Positions 9,800 to 21,214 of a stretch of 64,000 nucleotides of DNA are shown piece by piece. The notes below the pieces were generated by a model. The model ran no database searches, was not told where the DNA came from, and saw only the letters and a list, made by a program, of their open reading frames with translations. The stretch is from Eukaryota sp. TZLM1-RC. Its lineage: Eukaryota > Protista > Metamonada: BaSk clade. The DNA lies in the NCBI GenBank assembly GCA_040285825.1, contig JAUPSS010000005.1, positions 62,001-126,000 of the forward strand, read 5' to 3'. Position numbers and translations under genes: made by a program. How positions within the stretch are numbered: position 1 is the first letter of the stretch; each line of letters begins with the position of its first letter.

Positions 9800-12083
9800 A
9801 TCAACTACACAGATACTGAGGTCTTTCATTTCCACCCCACTCTTGCTTCAGCAATTGCAAACATATTCAGACAAGCCAACTTATTTCTATTGAAGAGCTT
9901 TGTTGAGCGTTTGTTACTGAGTTTGCAACTCTCACTATTACAAGCTAATAAACCATGACATGTAGTAACAGCAGTCTTTTCTCTTCTATAGAATTTGGGA
10001 TTTGTGACTCTCAAAAACGTATGAACCTTTTCAAAACAAACAGGACATTTTGCTGAAGTGAAAGCCTCATTAATCATCAATACTTCAAATCTATTTCTTT
10101 TCAGAAATTGAATTTATCCAATGCCTCAAGTAGGTCTCTGATGTTTCAAATTCTTGGAACCTTTTTTACCATAATCACCCATTAGTATTAAAGTGTCTTT
10201 TGGGTCGCCAAAATTCTGAACCAGGCTTTTTAACAACCAACTTTCAGTCTTTTGCTTGTGAATAAAAGCTTGCATTTTATGAATGCTCCACATGTCAAGA
10301 CAGTAAAAGTCATTGTCAAAAAACTTGCCGATGTTTGGCAACCACAAAGTTGGAAAAATCTATAAAAGATGCTGATTTGGCAACAAACTTGGATAATTCG
10401 GTGTTTGCATCTTCAATTGTCATTTCGTTAGACTCTATCAATTGGTTCCTGTCGTTATCTACTTCAGTATACTTTGTCGCCCATCGATTTTGCTTTTCAT
10501 CCATCCTACTTTTCAAAGACCAGGACATCTGAGTCTTTCTCAACCATTTGTACTTCTTGTCTTGATTCATCACCCGACTATTTCTTTGCTGTTCAGTTTC
10601 ATGTTCAGGCACCATGGCTAATTCTTGATCCGTTTTTTTTGACTCCCAAAATACAATAAATCACGTTTTCCAGGATCACAAACAACAATTCGTTTGTCTT
10701 GAAAAGCATCAACATCAACATCATCAATATATAAATCAGAAATACTGGCCTTGTTGTCTGGCTTACATTTCTGACCTTGTTAATCCTGACGAACAAATTC
10801 TACTGCAATATTAAATCCATCTGTGTGGATAATATTGTTGAAATTATAAATCTTTTGCTTGAACATTGGTTGGTTTAAATCTAGAATATTAGACCAAAAG
10901 TCAAATTGCTGAGGTGGTTTCAATTTTGTAATTTGGGCTAGTGTATTGACCATTTTTAATCTCTGATCGGACAACAAATCGTCCATCAATGTTTGTCTAA
11001 TAATTGTCCATATTGTTCTTGTATCAATAGGAAAATATCCAGGGCCTACAGTGGTTGAAACAGGAGAAATGTGATAAGGTTTCCTCTGTACTGGAGATGT
11101 ATTGGGCAATTGTAATTGCTGGTTTTAGGAATAATTGAGGATCTATTTCAACAGCGTCTTCAAGAAAATGTATATCCACTGGAAATATGTTATCAACTAA
11201 ATTCACGTCAGTGACCAAATTCTCAATTTGGCAAGTAAATGGCTCAATAAGACCTTCAAATATGTCTCTAAGTTCATTATTTCTTATATGATGTTGTTCA
11301 CATAAATCGAAAAATTCATCATTCAGAAGGTCTGGAATATTTTCAGGATGATGAAACAAAGAACTCAAGCAATCTATTTCGTCCACTAAAAACAAGTTTT
11401 TGAATTGACGAAGTCTAAATGTATACAGTGAAATAATTGTAGATAATGGCGTTGAGTATCCACCCAGCTTGTGCATTTCTGATAACACATTTTCCACATC
11501 TGGTTTGTCAAAAAGACATTAATAAATCGATTAATATGTTTTTCATAATTTAGTTTAAAATTATTCTCAAAATTGGCAAACATTACTGGGGCCATATACT
11601 CAGGTGGTCTACTGAATCCATCAGTTGGAAATTGTGGAAAAACTCAGGCCTATATCTCAAATGGTCCTCCTAACTTATAGTTTTGTTCAACTTTTGTTGT
11701 TCAAAGGTAGTCGATAATCCATAATCTCCTGCACGATAATCAAAGTTTTCAAAATCCTCTGGAAATGCACTATTTGGTTTCAGCATTTCTTGCCCATAAT
11801 ACTCAGCTGAAATATAACGAATTCTGGCCAACAATGACTCATATAATTGGGCAGATATTCGTGGTGGTAAAAAATTACGTTCAAAACAAGACTGTAAATA
11901 CAGCTTTAAGCAACAAGTGGTGTGAATACGTAACTGTTGAAATTTTACAGCAGTTTCTCTCAATTTGAGTATCACATTTGAATGTTTAACCATTGAGTTG
12001 ACGGTTGCTCGAATGGTTTTATCAGATGATATAATATTTTGTCTTTCTGAAACAGCACAAAAAGTTTCAGACAAAGGATACAA
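9800..12083 (-). mobile_element. Near-full-length Fanzor pseudogene (family 1)
   Basis: Colinear pieces: N-terminal HTTCCLKLYL; FENNFKLNYEKHINRFIN; IHTDGFNIAV; RuvC-I VVCDPGKRDLLY (about 10650-10690); ILMGDY; RuvC-II INEAFTSAKCPVC; CHGLLAC...C; RuvC-III FNRNKLACLNM; ERPQYL. Many frameshifts and stops. Confidence 0.9.
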
Positions 12084-12950
12084 TCATGAAGCCCATATTG
12101 AATCGAATTTTGCATTAGAGGAGAAGAAGCTAAACAATCAATTGGCAACACATGGGAAAATTCCTGATGAAGTTTGATTTTCTTTTCATAAATCATTTTG
12201 TATGCCAGATTGCCTAATCCATGTCCGTAGGGTATTTTAATAAATTTTTTGGCAAATAACAAATTATCTAAAAGAAAAAAGCCATTCTACCCTGATGACA
12301 ACTTCTCTCCATCTTGGTGAAAGTTGATTGAGTACACCAATTGTTGAATCATCTGGAACAGCAAATCAAAGTAATTCAATCTATTTTTTAAAACCTGTAA
12401 ATCAAATTGCATTAAATTGTGATTAGGAAAACAATGGGGTTGATGATTACCAATAATGTTTAAAAACCTACGAAGCAAGGTTTTTTCGTCAGAGAATATT
12501 TCTACCTGAACATCCATATCAATGTCTGGTAATCTGATTTGAGGACTCATTCTCAATAAAAGTGAATATTTACTCTCCAAAAAGAAATTATGGTGATCAA
12601 ACTTCCCATCAACAATCGAAATTAAAAACACTTTTTAATCAAAAAATCCACTCACCCATTGGCTCATCAGTTTTCTTTGTCAAAAGATTTGCACCCTCTT
12701 TTCTCTTTTTGTTGATAATGTCGTGAGGAAAAGGAAATTTGCCATCACGATTTTGGTAAGGATGAGCATTCTGATAGGTTTCAAAATCAAAGCACATAAC
12801 AGTGGGAAGATTTTAATTTGGGGTCATTGATTTGAATTGAATCAATGGATCATGCTTGAAGTCACTCAAACTTGGCTCAATTTTGTTGACCATACTCGGT
12901 TTCAATGGTTTTTTTGTCAAAATCTTCCTGTTCTCGATATTCAACATTGT
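12050..12950 (-). pseudogene. Family-B DNA polymerase-type 3'-5' (DEDDy) exonuclease domain, degraded, directly upstream of the Fanzor
   Basis: ExoI MCFDFETY (about 12772-12797); FSDEKTLLRRFL; ExoII HNLMQFDLQVLKNR; GFFLLDNL..AKK; GLGNLA; ExoIII YGLHDCILCLKL. No polymerase palm motifs follow. Confidence 0.75.
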
Positions 12951-13034
12951 ATTCTCAATACGAATTTCTCGTTCAGTGCTTTGTGTGGTTTTTTACGCTT
13001 TTCTAATAATTTCTGATTGAATCTAAAGGAAGAA

Positions 13035-13220
13035 ATGTAAACCCCAAGAAACAACAAACTTAAAAACATCAAAATAAAAATTCAAAATAAAACATAAACA
13101 AAAAAAACATCCGATATCTAATGTGCAAGTACAAAAACCCCACAAAACAAACTCAAAAACATCAATGTAACAATTCAAAACAAAAAAAGAACAAAAGAAA
13201 CACCTCGTATCTGAAATGAT
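13035..13220. repeat. Diverged tandem duplication, unit about 95 bp
   Basis: aaaccc..aacaaact.aaaaacatcaa..taa.aattcaaaa.aaaa...atct..atg occurs twice in tandem. Confidence 0.55.
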
Positions 13221-14236
13221 TAGCACCATGGCTGATTCAACAGCACCCATATCATGACTCACATGATGACTGAAAAAAGTGCAAAAAAAAGACTAAAAGT
13301 ACTCTGCTGTTCTTGTTAAGAACAGGTTGAAGGAGGAGGTGGGAACCGGGTCCGTTACCTCGTTATCATTTTTCTCGTTTCGCTGCATAAGGTTAGAGAA
13401 ATGGGAAGAGTCAAGATAATCTCGCTGTCTGACATGCTGATTACAATTTCAAATTGTTTGTTAATTTCCACAATAGTATCAAATGCCTATCTACTGTATC
13501 TCTATTAGTGGTCATCAACATCAGCTCAATTTACTCTCTAGCTGTTCTGGTCGTTGTTACTCCGTCTGAACTCTATGTTTTTTTCCAGTTTCCTTCTCCT
13601 TCCTTTACCTCTTGTCCTCTTCCCATTCAGCTATCCCAACAATTCTCCCTTGCTCTCTCCCTCCCTGTTTCGACGGGACCTAAACAAATGCTTGTTTCCC
13701 TAGTTTCTACTCTGTCCACAATTCTAACTCAATACAGTCTTCTTCAGGGTATGGATTTATTTGATTTTCAGATTTTCAAAAGCAAAACCATTGTTTATTC
13801 AAAGACTGAGCCAGTGAATTCGATTGCAATTGGGTGGAGTTGGAGTGTTATTTAGACAACAAGGCTAAGGAAGATGAAGACACTTTGATTGATTAGTTCA
13901 AAAGGGAAATATTTTCGTAATTTTTGCCGTTATTGTAACGTGGAAAACTTTTTGGAAACCTTTGAACAGAACAATATAATTATGCATTTCTAATAGTCCA
14001 ATCTGGGATTGATCTTGAAACAATCCTTTCATATTGTTCCCAGACAAAAATTCTTTAAAATCGTGAAAGAGTCATAATTGTTGGGTTCAGTATATTTGAC
14101 TTTGGATTTTGAGTTAGTTTCAAATTGGTACACAGTGCAAAAAGTAGGGGTATATTTTCAATCTTTTGTGGTCATTCACTTACAATTGAACTCATTAGCT
14201 TTGAGCTGTTAAAATTTGAAATAGGGGGAATTGATT

Positions 14237-15420
14237 GTATTTATTGAATTTGCACACTTAATTAAATTAACTCATAACTAATGGGACGACTATCATTAAA
14301 CCAAGATTTCCTCTACAAAATCTTGATCTGCTTGCTGTCTAGCTAAAGCTTCTCTTAATCGATTGAAAAACCGTGGTAATCTATTAATAATGGCAAATTG
14401 AATCCGTGAACGCCATAAAAAAATATCAAATCTTTTCATTGTTTTTTCTTGCACCATTTTTTGGAAGTCATTCAAAAAAGTTTCTGCTTCATCTGATAAT
14501 CTTCCATTTATCGAAAATGGGAAAGCAATAAAAACCAGCTGTGTATTTCTATCGACATTGGCCTCTTCAATATCTTTATCATATTTTCTATGTTTCTCTT
14601 TTGCTTTAAAATCCAGAGCAGCCACAGGATTAAGTTTTCTTCTGTGAACCAAAGTATCATTTGCAACATTACATGAGACAAAGTCAACAATAGCTTCAGA
14701 ATTATCAATCCAATCACAGTATACATCACCTTTATCATCAGAACCAAAATTATTCAGAGAAAGTGTTTCCTTCAGCAGAAGCTCTTTGATACACGATATT
14801 CTTGCAGTTTGTGCCATATTGAAAACAGTGTCTGTAGCAGCATCATGTAATGAAGAACGATAAGTTATCATATTAGAGCAATTCAGAGCATGGCGCAAAG
14901 TGAGTAGAGGTGAATTCGAACAAATACATTTTCTTTTGATAATAATTGATTAATGGGGATGTTCAAATATAATCTCATTTTTGTTACAAATGCTTCATAA
15001 GTGGCACACAATCCAAATCTTCGTGGTACAATGGTTACAAAAAGTAAAGAATCTGACGACTTGTTTTCACAAACACCCCTTTCCAATAATAATGAGTGAA
15101 GATCTTGATTTAAAACAGCCGAGCTGCATTTATTATTATAAAGATCTTTTTCGTACATTCCAGTCAATCGTTTCTGTAATGTTCGAAGAGTGTACTTCAA
15201 ATTTAAAACATTTTTTTCTGGAATATTGCCATTGAATGATTGGGGAAAACATCGAACCCATTTTTCTACATCAATTTTTGAAATTTCTTCATTTAATGCA
15301 AAAACAATGGAACATTGCGTTGTCATCAATAAATCTTCCCAATCTGCAAATCTTTCGGAAAACTCAAAGATTGCATTTCTGCATCCACCAACAAAAGGGG
15401 AATTGAGGAATTCTAAAATG
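14237..15420 (-). mobile_element. 5'-truncated RLE-type non-LTR retrotransposon, family A copy 1
   Basis: LRHALNC...LHDA, GDVYC...IVDFV...KEKHRKY, FIAFPFSINGRL; 3' AATAAA. Nearly identical to 62011-63015. Confidence 0.88.
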
Positions 15421-15617
15421 ATATAAGCAACAATTCCAAGGAGTATTGAGGAACGAATTGATGTCTACCGTCTAATACATTACTCAATGAAGCAACACAT
15501 AATTATGAAAAAATAATTAAAGTTAATTAAAGATAATTAAAAAAATTGAATTTATTCATTTACAAATTGAAAATACAAATTATTCACAAAGCCTATCGAT
15601 AAACAATATAGACTTGT

Positions 15618-16685
15618 TCACTGGGGTTCCTGACATTTAATATTTTCTTCTGCATTACCATCTCCTTCACTGGCGTTAAAGTTAAGGTTAGGGTTAGAGT
15701 TAGGACTGGCAAATTTATCCATAGAAACAGACAAAGAACGTCTCAATCTATAAACCACAGACAGTGCAGTGACAGCTTTCTTCATTCTCCTTTTGGTGTT
15801 ATAAACCTTCATTTGGTCGAGTACCGAGTTTAGATGTTGAATTGGTTGTGTTGACCTAGACTGGGTGAGAAAAGGGTGGTTAAGAGCTTCAGAAGCAGTT
15901 ATCCTGTGTTGAGGATCCAAGACCAACATTCTGGCAATCAAATCCTTGGCCTCAGCGGTGAAATGGTCACAATAAGGGGAAGGAAATGAATAATCACCAC
16001 ACACAATTTGATGCATCAACTCTTGCTGATCTTCGCAAAAGAAGGGAGGAAATCCAGCCAAGAGGGTAAAACAGACGACCCCTAGGCTCCATACATCAGC
16101 AGAAGTCCCAACACGTTGTTTGAGGATAACTTCAGGGGCGAGGTAGGGGATTGTACCGGAAATGCTCTGAGTGGGTGGAAGGCTTTGCTTGTCTACAACT
16201 TCAGCTAGACCAAAATCAGAAATCTTAATTTCTGAATCTGGATCATCAGTTGAAAGTAACAGGTTTTCAGGTTTTAAATCTCTATGTACAATGTTGTTCT
16301 GGTGAAGATATTGTAACGCAAATAGCATTTGACGAATAATACATGCTGCTGAAGAAACGCTATAGTGGTGGAGTTCGATTATCTTTTCAAATAGCTCACC
16401 ACCTTTTGCCAGTTCCATTATAACATAAAGTTTAGATGAAGATTCTATAGCATCAAAGAACTTAATGATGTGTGGATGATTCAATGAACGTAAAATGCCT
16501 ATTTCGTCCATTATTTTGTTATACTCAATACGATGCTTCTTTAAAATCTTGACAGCAACATGTTGATTATCGGAATAACACCAGGCACGACGCACAGTGG
16601 AGAAGTGTCCCTTACCGATGACATCAGATAGTTTGTAAAGATCTTTGATTGATGGTGGTTTAGTAGTGTGTAGTTCGCATGTCAT
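15618..16685 (-). CDS. Calcium/calmodulin-dependent protein kinase (CaMK1-like)
   Basis: GKGHFS, VAVK, HRDLKPENLL, DFG and APE motifs, plus a C-terminal calmodulin-binding segment NTKRRMKKAV. Confidence 0.92.
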   Translation of the reverse strand: MTCELHTTKPPSIKDLYKLSDVIGKGHFSTVRRAWCYSDNQHVAVKILKKHRIEYNKIMDEIGILRSLNHPHIIKFFDAIESSSKLYVIMELAKGGELFEKIIELHHYSVSSAACIIRQMLFALQYLHQNNIVHRDLKPENLLLSTDDPDSEIKISDFGLAEVVDKQSLPPTQSISGTIPYLAPEVILKQRVGTSADVWSLGVVCFTLLAGFPPFFCEDQQELMHQIVCGDYSFPSPYCDHFTAEAKDLIARMLVLDPQHRITASEALNHPFLTQSRSTQPIQHLNSVLDQMKVYNTKRRMKKAVTALSVVYRLRRSLSVSMDKFASPNSNPNLNFNASEGDGNAEENIKCQEPQ

Positions 16686-16744
16686 CAACCAGTAAGGAAA
16701 AGAATACTAAGAAAAGGTGTTGTGAGGAAATGCTAACAAAATGC

Positions 16745-16965
16745 TTTGCCATGATCACCCAAAATCTCAAAAATTCCTTTTAAAGGTTTCCAGTATTTTG
16801 AACAAAGGTTTTTCAACAACCAATTTTTAGTATTTTGCTTGTAAATAAAAGCCTGCACTTTATGAATGAAACAATGAAATCCACAAGTCAAGTCTGTAAT
16901 AGTCTATTATCTAAAGAAATTTGCTGAAGGGTGACAATCAAAAAATCGGAAAATTCTACAAAAGT
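16745..16965 (-). mobile_element. Diverged internal fragment of Fanzor family 1
   Basis: Nucleotide similarity to 10190-10370 (caacaaccaa..ttttgcttgt.aataaaagc.tgca..ttatgaatg); ILGDHGK corresponds to LMGDYGK. Confidence 0.65.
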
Positions 16966-17646
16966 GAATCAAACAGCCTCTTTTTTATTGATCATGATTA
17001 TCATTATGATTATCATTATTACTCTTTCTTTTGATGGGATACTGTATGTATTGCATTTAGTAGAGGCCTAATTTGACATCATGTTCGTCATTGAAGTGAA
17101 ACATAACGTTTTTATCTGTTGTTTAGAGGAATTTTATTTATTAAACCTTTGTTACAAAATAAAATATAGAATAACGTTACGAAATACAATAGACCTAGAT
17201 TCGCTCTGTCTCAACAACTGATCTGCTTATTTTCTCACAGTACCTGTGCTTTCATGATGATTGACAAATGTTTGACAATGGTGATAATTTGTTGAACAAA
17301 TTAGATTCCAGAACAGTATAATGAAACAATAAATCACTTCCTCATTTTCTTTCGGACATTCGAAAATTGCTTCTGCTAATTGTCTTCCGTTCAAAAATAG
17401 AAAGGAAAATGCACAACACAACAGAGGCAAAACTGTTTATATTAGCTTTAATTTCTTCGATATCATTATCTATGTGTTTCTTTTGCTCTTTATCCACCAG
17501 TGGAAATAAAAAAAAATCTGTCACCATTCCAAAAATAAGATTTGGTTTTGCCGAAAAAAGATGCAAAAACTATATTTATAAAACTAACCAAAAAATACAC
17601 GGACTAAAAAACAAAAAAAAGTTGATAATTTAACTAAAACAAACAA

Positions 17647-19099
17647 TCAGCTTTTCTTTTTATATTTTCTAAATCTATTTAAATAAGCCTTACCACTATC
17701 TTCATTTTCAATCTTATCATCAACCCTTTTATCGAGTTCTTCTCTTGCAGCCAATCGTTTAGCATCATAAACATTCTTCCTTTTCCTTACAAATCTTTTC
17801 AAGGCAGTGTTCCTCCCCCTAGTTTTCCTTTTCTCTCTTGCTTCAGCTCTTTCTTTTTCTGTTTTTTCAGGACGAAGACCAGCAGCCATTTGCTTCGAAA
17901 CAATTCCTTTCATGCGTCGGCTTTCGCTGCAGAAAGTCTTTCCTATTGAAACATTTTTATCATAGACAATCATCTCATGTGGAATCTTTTCCAACAACCT
18001 ACGAACTTCATTTTCCCTACGCTGTTTCTTTGTCTCGAATGGATTACCAGCATTATGATCAATATTGGCTTCCCCAGCACCTGGGACCAAAATACTTGAA
18101 TAACCATGGTTACTACCAACGCCCAAAACATCTTCAAATGGACAAAACTCTACAGATTTGACTAAAGTGTTTAATTTATGGTTGAGATAGGGTGAATTTG
18201 CTTTGCTTTCAATAGCATTGCTCCATACTTGTACCTTAGTTCCTAGACCCACAGCCAGCATTCCAGAAGAAGAAACATCCAAAGAAGTGCAGGGTGAGGT
18301 AATCTTGTAGGAATGCAAAAGAGACAGAGTTCGTAAATCATGAACGGCCATTTGGAAATCTTTTCCTGTCGATATCAGGTAATGACCACTCTTGTCCACC
18401 ACCATTGAAGTAACAGGGCCCATGTGGCAAAACATTTGAACATGAGGCTCACTAACTGAAGGGGACCATAAAGTCACTACTCCTCTTGAATCACCATTGA
18501 AAATCAAGCCACTGGTTGGGTCCTGTGATAGGCATGAGCACGGCCCTGCTTTGGTTTTATGGGAAGCAACTACATCGCCTGTGCTGGTATCTTGATAAAC
18601 TAACCTTCCTGTTTGACATCCAGAAACTAAGAGGTAATGGTAAGGAAGATACTGCAGGTGTCGAGGCTGAGGATGGTGCTTGAGGGCATGAACTTCTAGT
18701 CCTTGGTGATCATAGATGAAAAGACCTGGGGTTAATGGAGTGGAAATAAAAAGAATTACCTTTGGACTGAGCTATAGCATATAAAGAGTGATTGTGCAGG
18801 AAACAAGCATCATAGCAACTATCTCCAGTGTTGAACTCTGTCAATATGCGCCTCTTGCGCCATTCCATTAATGAAGTATGTCCTGATGATCCAGCAAGTA
18901 ATAAGTGTTGTCCATTACGGTCAAAGCGAGCTGTATGAGGTTGTGATAGTTTAAGATCAAAGATTTTCTGTTGGGATTGCTGATCAATATGTTGGGCGAT
19001 ATCAGATTGTGTAAACTTAAAGGTACGTTCTACCCCTTCAGTTTCCAGACACCCTGATGATTCTGTCAGAAGAACAGTCTCATCATATTTCAAGGACAT
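17647..19099 (-). CDS. UTP7: WD40 SSU-processome protein Utp7/WDR46 (BING4), two exons with intron 18726-18759
   Basis: Splicing GTAATT...TTAACCCCAG restores AQSKGLFIYDHQGLEVHAL and joins both ORFs. FCPFEDVLGVG and PGAGEAN.D....NPFETKKQRRE.EV form the BING4CT domain. Confidence 0.92.
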
Positions 19100-19133
19100 T
19101 TTTTGAGTGTGATGGAGTTGTTATAATTTTGAA

Positions 19134-20072
19134 ATGGATTCACCTTCTCTTGCGATTCTTGTATTATGCCTTGTCATACTATCTACAACACATCCTGATT
19201 ACAAGACTGTAGATCCCTATAGCAACAATAGGTTCCCTTCTCCAACAAACTCTGATGATTTCGACCTCTATCATCTAGCACAACATCCATCTCCACGACC
19301 ATCGTTGATCGATTTTGAGCAAATCCAGTCAATCGGCCATTTCAGTGGTTTGCCAATTGTTGCCCATAAATTGATTATGGATAATCCAGTAGGTAACTTG
19401 GCAGCACTACCTCCAATTGGTGGATGTGGAAATCGCGTGGATGTCGTTGAATCTGCCAAACATTATAACTGCAGTGCTGCAGTAAATGCTGGGTTTTTTG
19501 ATATGGCAACTGGAGCTTGTTACACCTGGCTTGTCTCAAACAGCACATGGGTCAATCAACATGGTACAGCAAATGCGTTTTGGGGAATCACTCGTGCCAA
19601 TCAATACATTAATGGTTACCTTACTCAGAACACTATCAATGAATTGGTTGAACAGGGAGAACTCTTAACAGGGTTACAAGGTCTAACATGGCTAGTGAGA
19701 GGAGGAGAAGTTTACATTGATGAAAGTATTCAACGAGAGAAGCCCTCCAAGGCATTTGTTAAATTGATTGCTCCAAGACTAGCTGTTGGTCATGACAAAC
19801 TAGGAAGGTTCATTGCCATTCAAGTTGATGGTTTTGAGCCAGCGAAATATGGTGTTGATCTATATGACTTTGCACATCTATGTAAACAACAAGGGATGAT
19901 TTCTGCCATTAATCTAGACGGAGGAGGTTCAGTCACTGTACTTTACAACAACCAAATTAAAAATAGTTGCTCTGATGCTTGTAGAGGGGATATCTTGGAG
20001 AAGCGGTGTCCGGTACCTTATGGTGGTTCCAAGTGCCTTCGAAAAGTGTCTTCCTTTGTTTGTTTAAAATAA
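19134..20072 (+). CDS. NAGPA-like phosphodiester glycosidase (uncovering-enzyme/DUF2233 family), probably secreted
   Basis: Signal peptide; AVNAGFF, APRLAVGHD..G, VDG and AINLDGGGS motifs. Confidence 0.85.
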   Translation: MDSPSLAILVLCLVILSTTHPDYKTVDPYSNNRFPSPTNSDDFDLYHLAQHPSPRPSLIDFEQIQSIGHFSGLPIVAHKLIMDNPVGNLAALPPIGGCGNRVDVVESAKHYNCSAAVNAGFFDMATGACYTWLVSNSTWVNQHGTANAFWGITRANQYINGYLTQNTINELVEQGELLTGLQGLTWLVRGGEVYIDESIQREKPSKAFVKLIAPRLAVGHDKLGRFIAIQVDGFEPAKYGVDLYDFAHLCKQQGMISAINLDGGGSVTVLYNNQIKNSCSDACRGDILEKRCPVPYGGSKCLRKVSSFVCLK

Positions 20073-20699
20073 AGTTTATTTGTATATTTAAAGTGCCTTT
20101 TGTACTTATTTTTTGAATTTTGGTTCTTCTAATGTTGGTTGAAGTTTTCTGAAAATAAGGGTATTGAGAATTAATTTGAGAAGTAATTGCATTTTTGAGA
20201 ATAAATTTTTTCAGTTGTAAGTTCATTATGCCCAACAGTCAGAACTGTAAACTAAGTCTATCAGTCCTTTTTTGTCTGGACCTGATTGCTCATATGACAT
20301 TATGTCTGAAGAAGTTTTGAACAAGCAATAATTCAGATCGGAGTGGATTAGGACTCTGTTGGGTTCAAATGACTTTTGTTGTTCGATCCATCATTTTCAA
20401 AGAATTCAGGAGTTATTACACTAGAGGAACTCTTTGTTTAACGAATTTTTTCCTATTAGTTGTGATTATATTACTTTCAATATAAAAGTTGAACAAATGT
20501 GTTGTTGAAGGTCGCCTGAAGGAAGGGGTTAGAAGACGGTTTCATGAGATCAAAGATATTCAACGTATTCAGTATTCATGGCTTCTTGTTGCAATACTTG
20601 CCAGAACTGCTGCCGTATTTTTTAAACAAGCTCATTGAACTCATTTAAATAATTTGAATAATTTAAATAATTTTATTGCTGATTGTGTATTCAAAGCAT

Positions 20700-21190
20700 A
20701 AGTGATGATAAAAAAATATACTAGGACAATTGGTATTTTGCATCACTCAGAACCCAGATTAATGACGTAGAAATACAATTCTTATTACATTCATCTTATG
20801 CAAATTCGTCGCTTTCCCCCCTTTTTGGATGATCCTGAAAACAAAAACCATCAACTGAAACTACATCCACAACATCAAGTGTACCATCAAGTCCTGGAGT
20901 AACTAAATCTGCCCTGCTTCTGCCAATAGGAATCATTATCTGGCAATGATGATATCTGTAATATCTAACAATGATTTTGATATTAAAAATTTTCCACATT
21001 ACAATTTGACCACAGACTTATTCATTATGGATTGAACCGGGACTGATAGAATTTTTGCAATCGGAAAAATGAAAGCGAAAATGTTTTTCTGCAGTCGTAA
21101 ATAACATTAATCAAAATGGAACAAGGATAAGAAATACATTACATTCTGAAGTCCATTACTGGTCAATAAGCAAAAGACCATTGATCTTGG
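20700..21190 (-). mobile_element. Degraded RLE-type non-LTR retrotransposon fragment (family B)
   Basis: RADLVTPGLDGTLDVVDVVSVD resembles RRADLITPGSDG at 61.5 kb. Confidence 0.7.
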
Positions 21191-21214
21191 GAATTTGGAA
21201 GATGAGACAATTTA

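Noticed and set aside
9826-12950. Stop-codon reassignment to explain in-frame TAA/TAG/TGA in element ORFs
   Set aside because: Host genes terminate with all three stops under the standard code, and the elements also carry frameshifts, so decay is the simpler explanation.
13454-14200. 133-aa ORF and neighbouring coding-like sequence
   Set aside because: TTG start, low complexity and broken frames; no recognisable domain. Possibly a pseudogene, but it cannot be supported.
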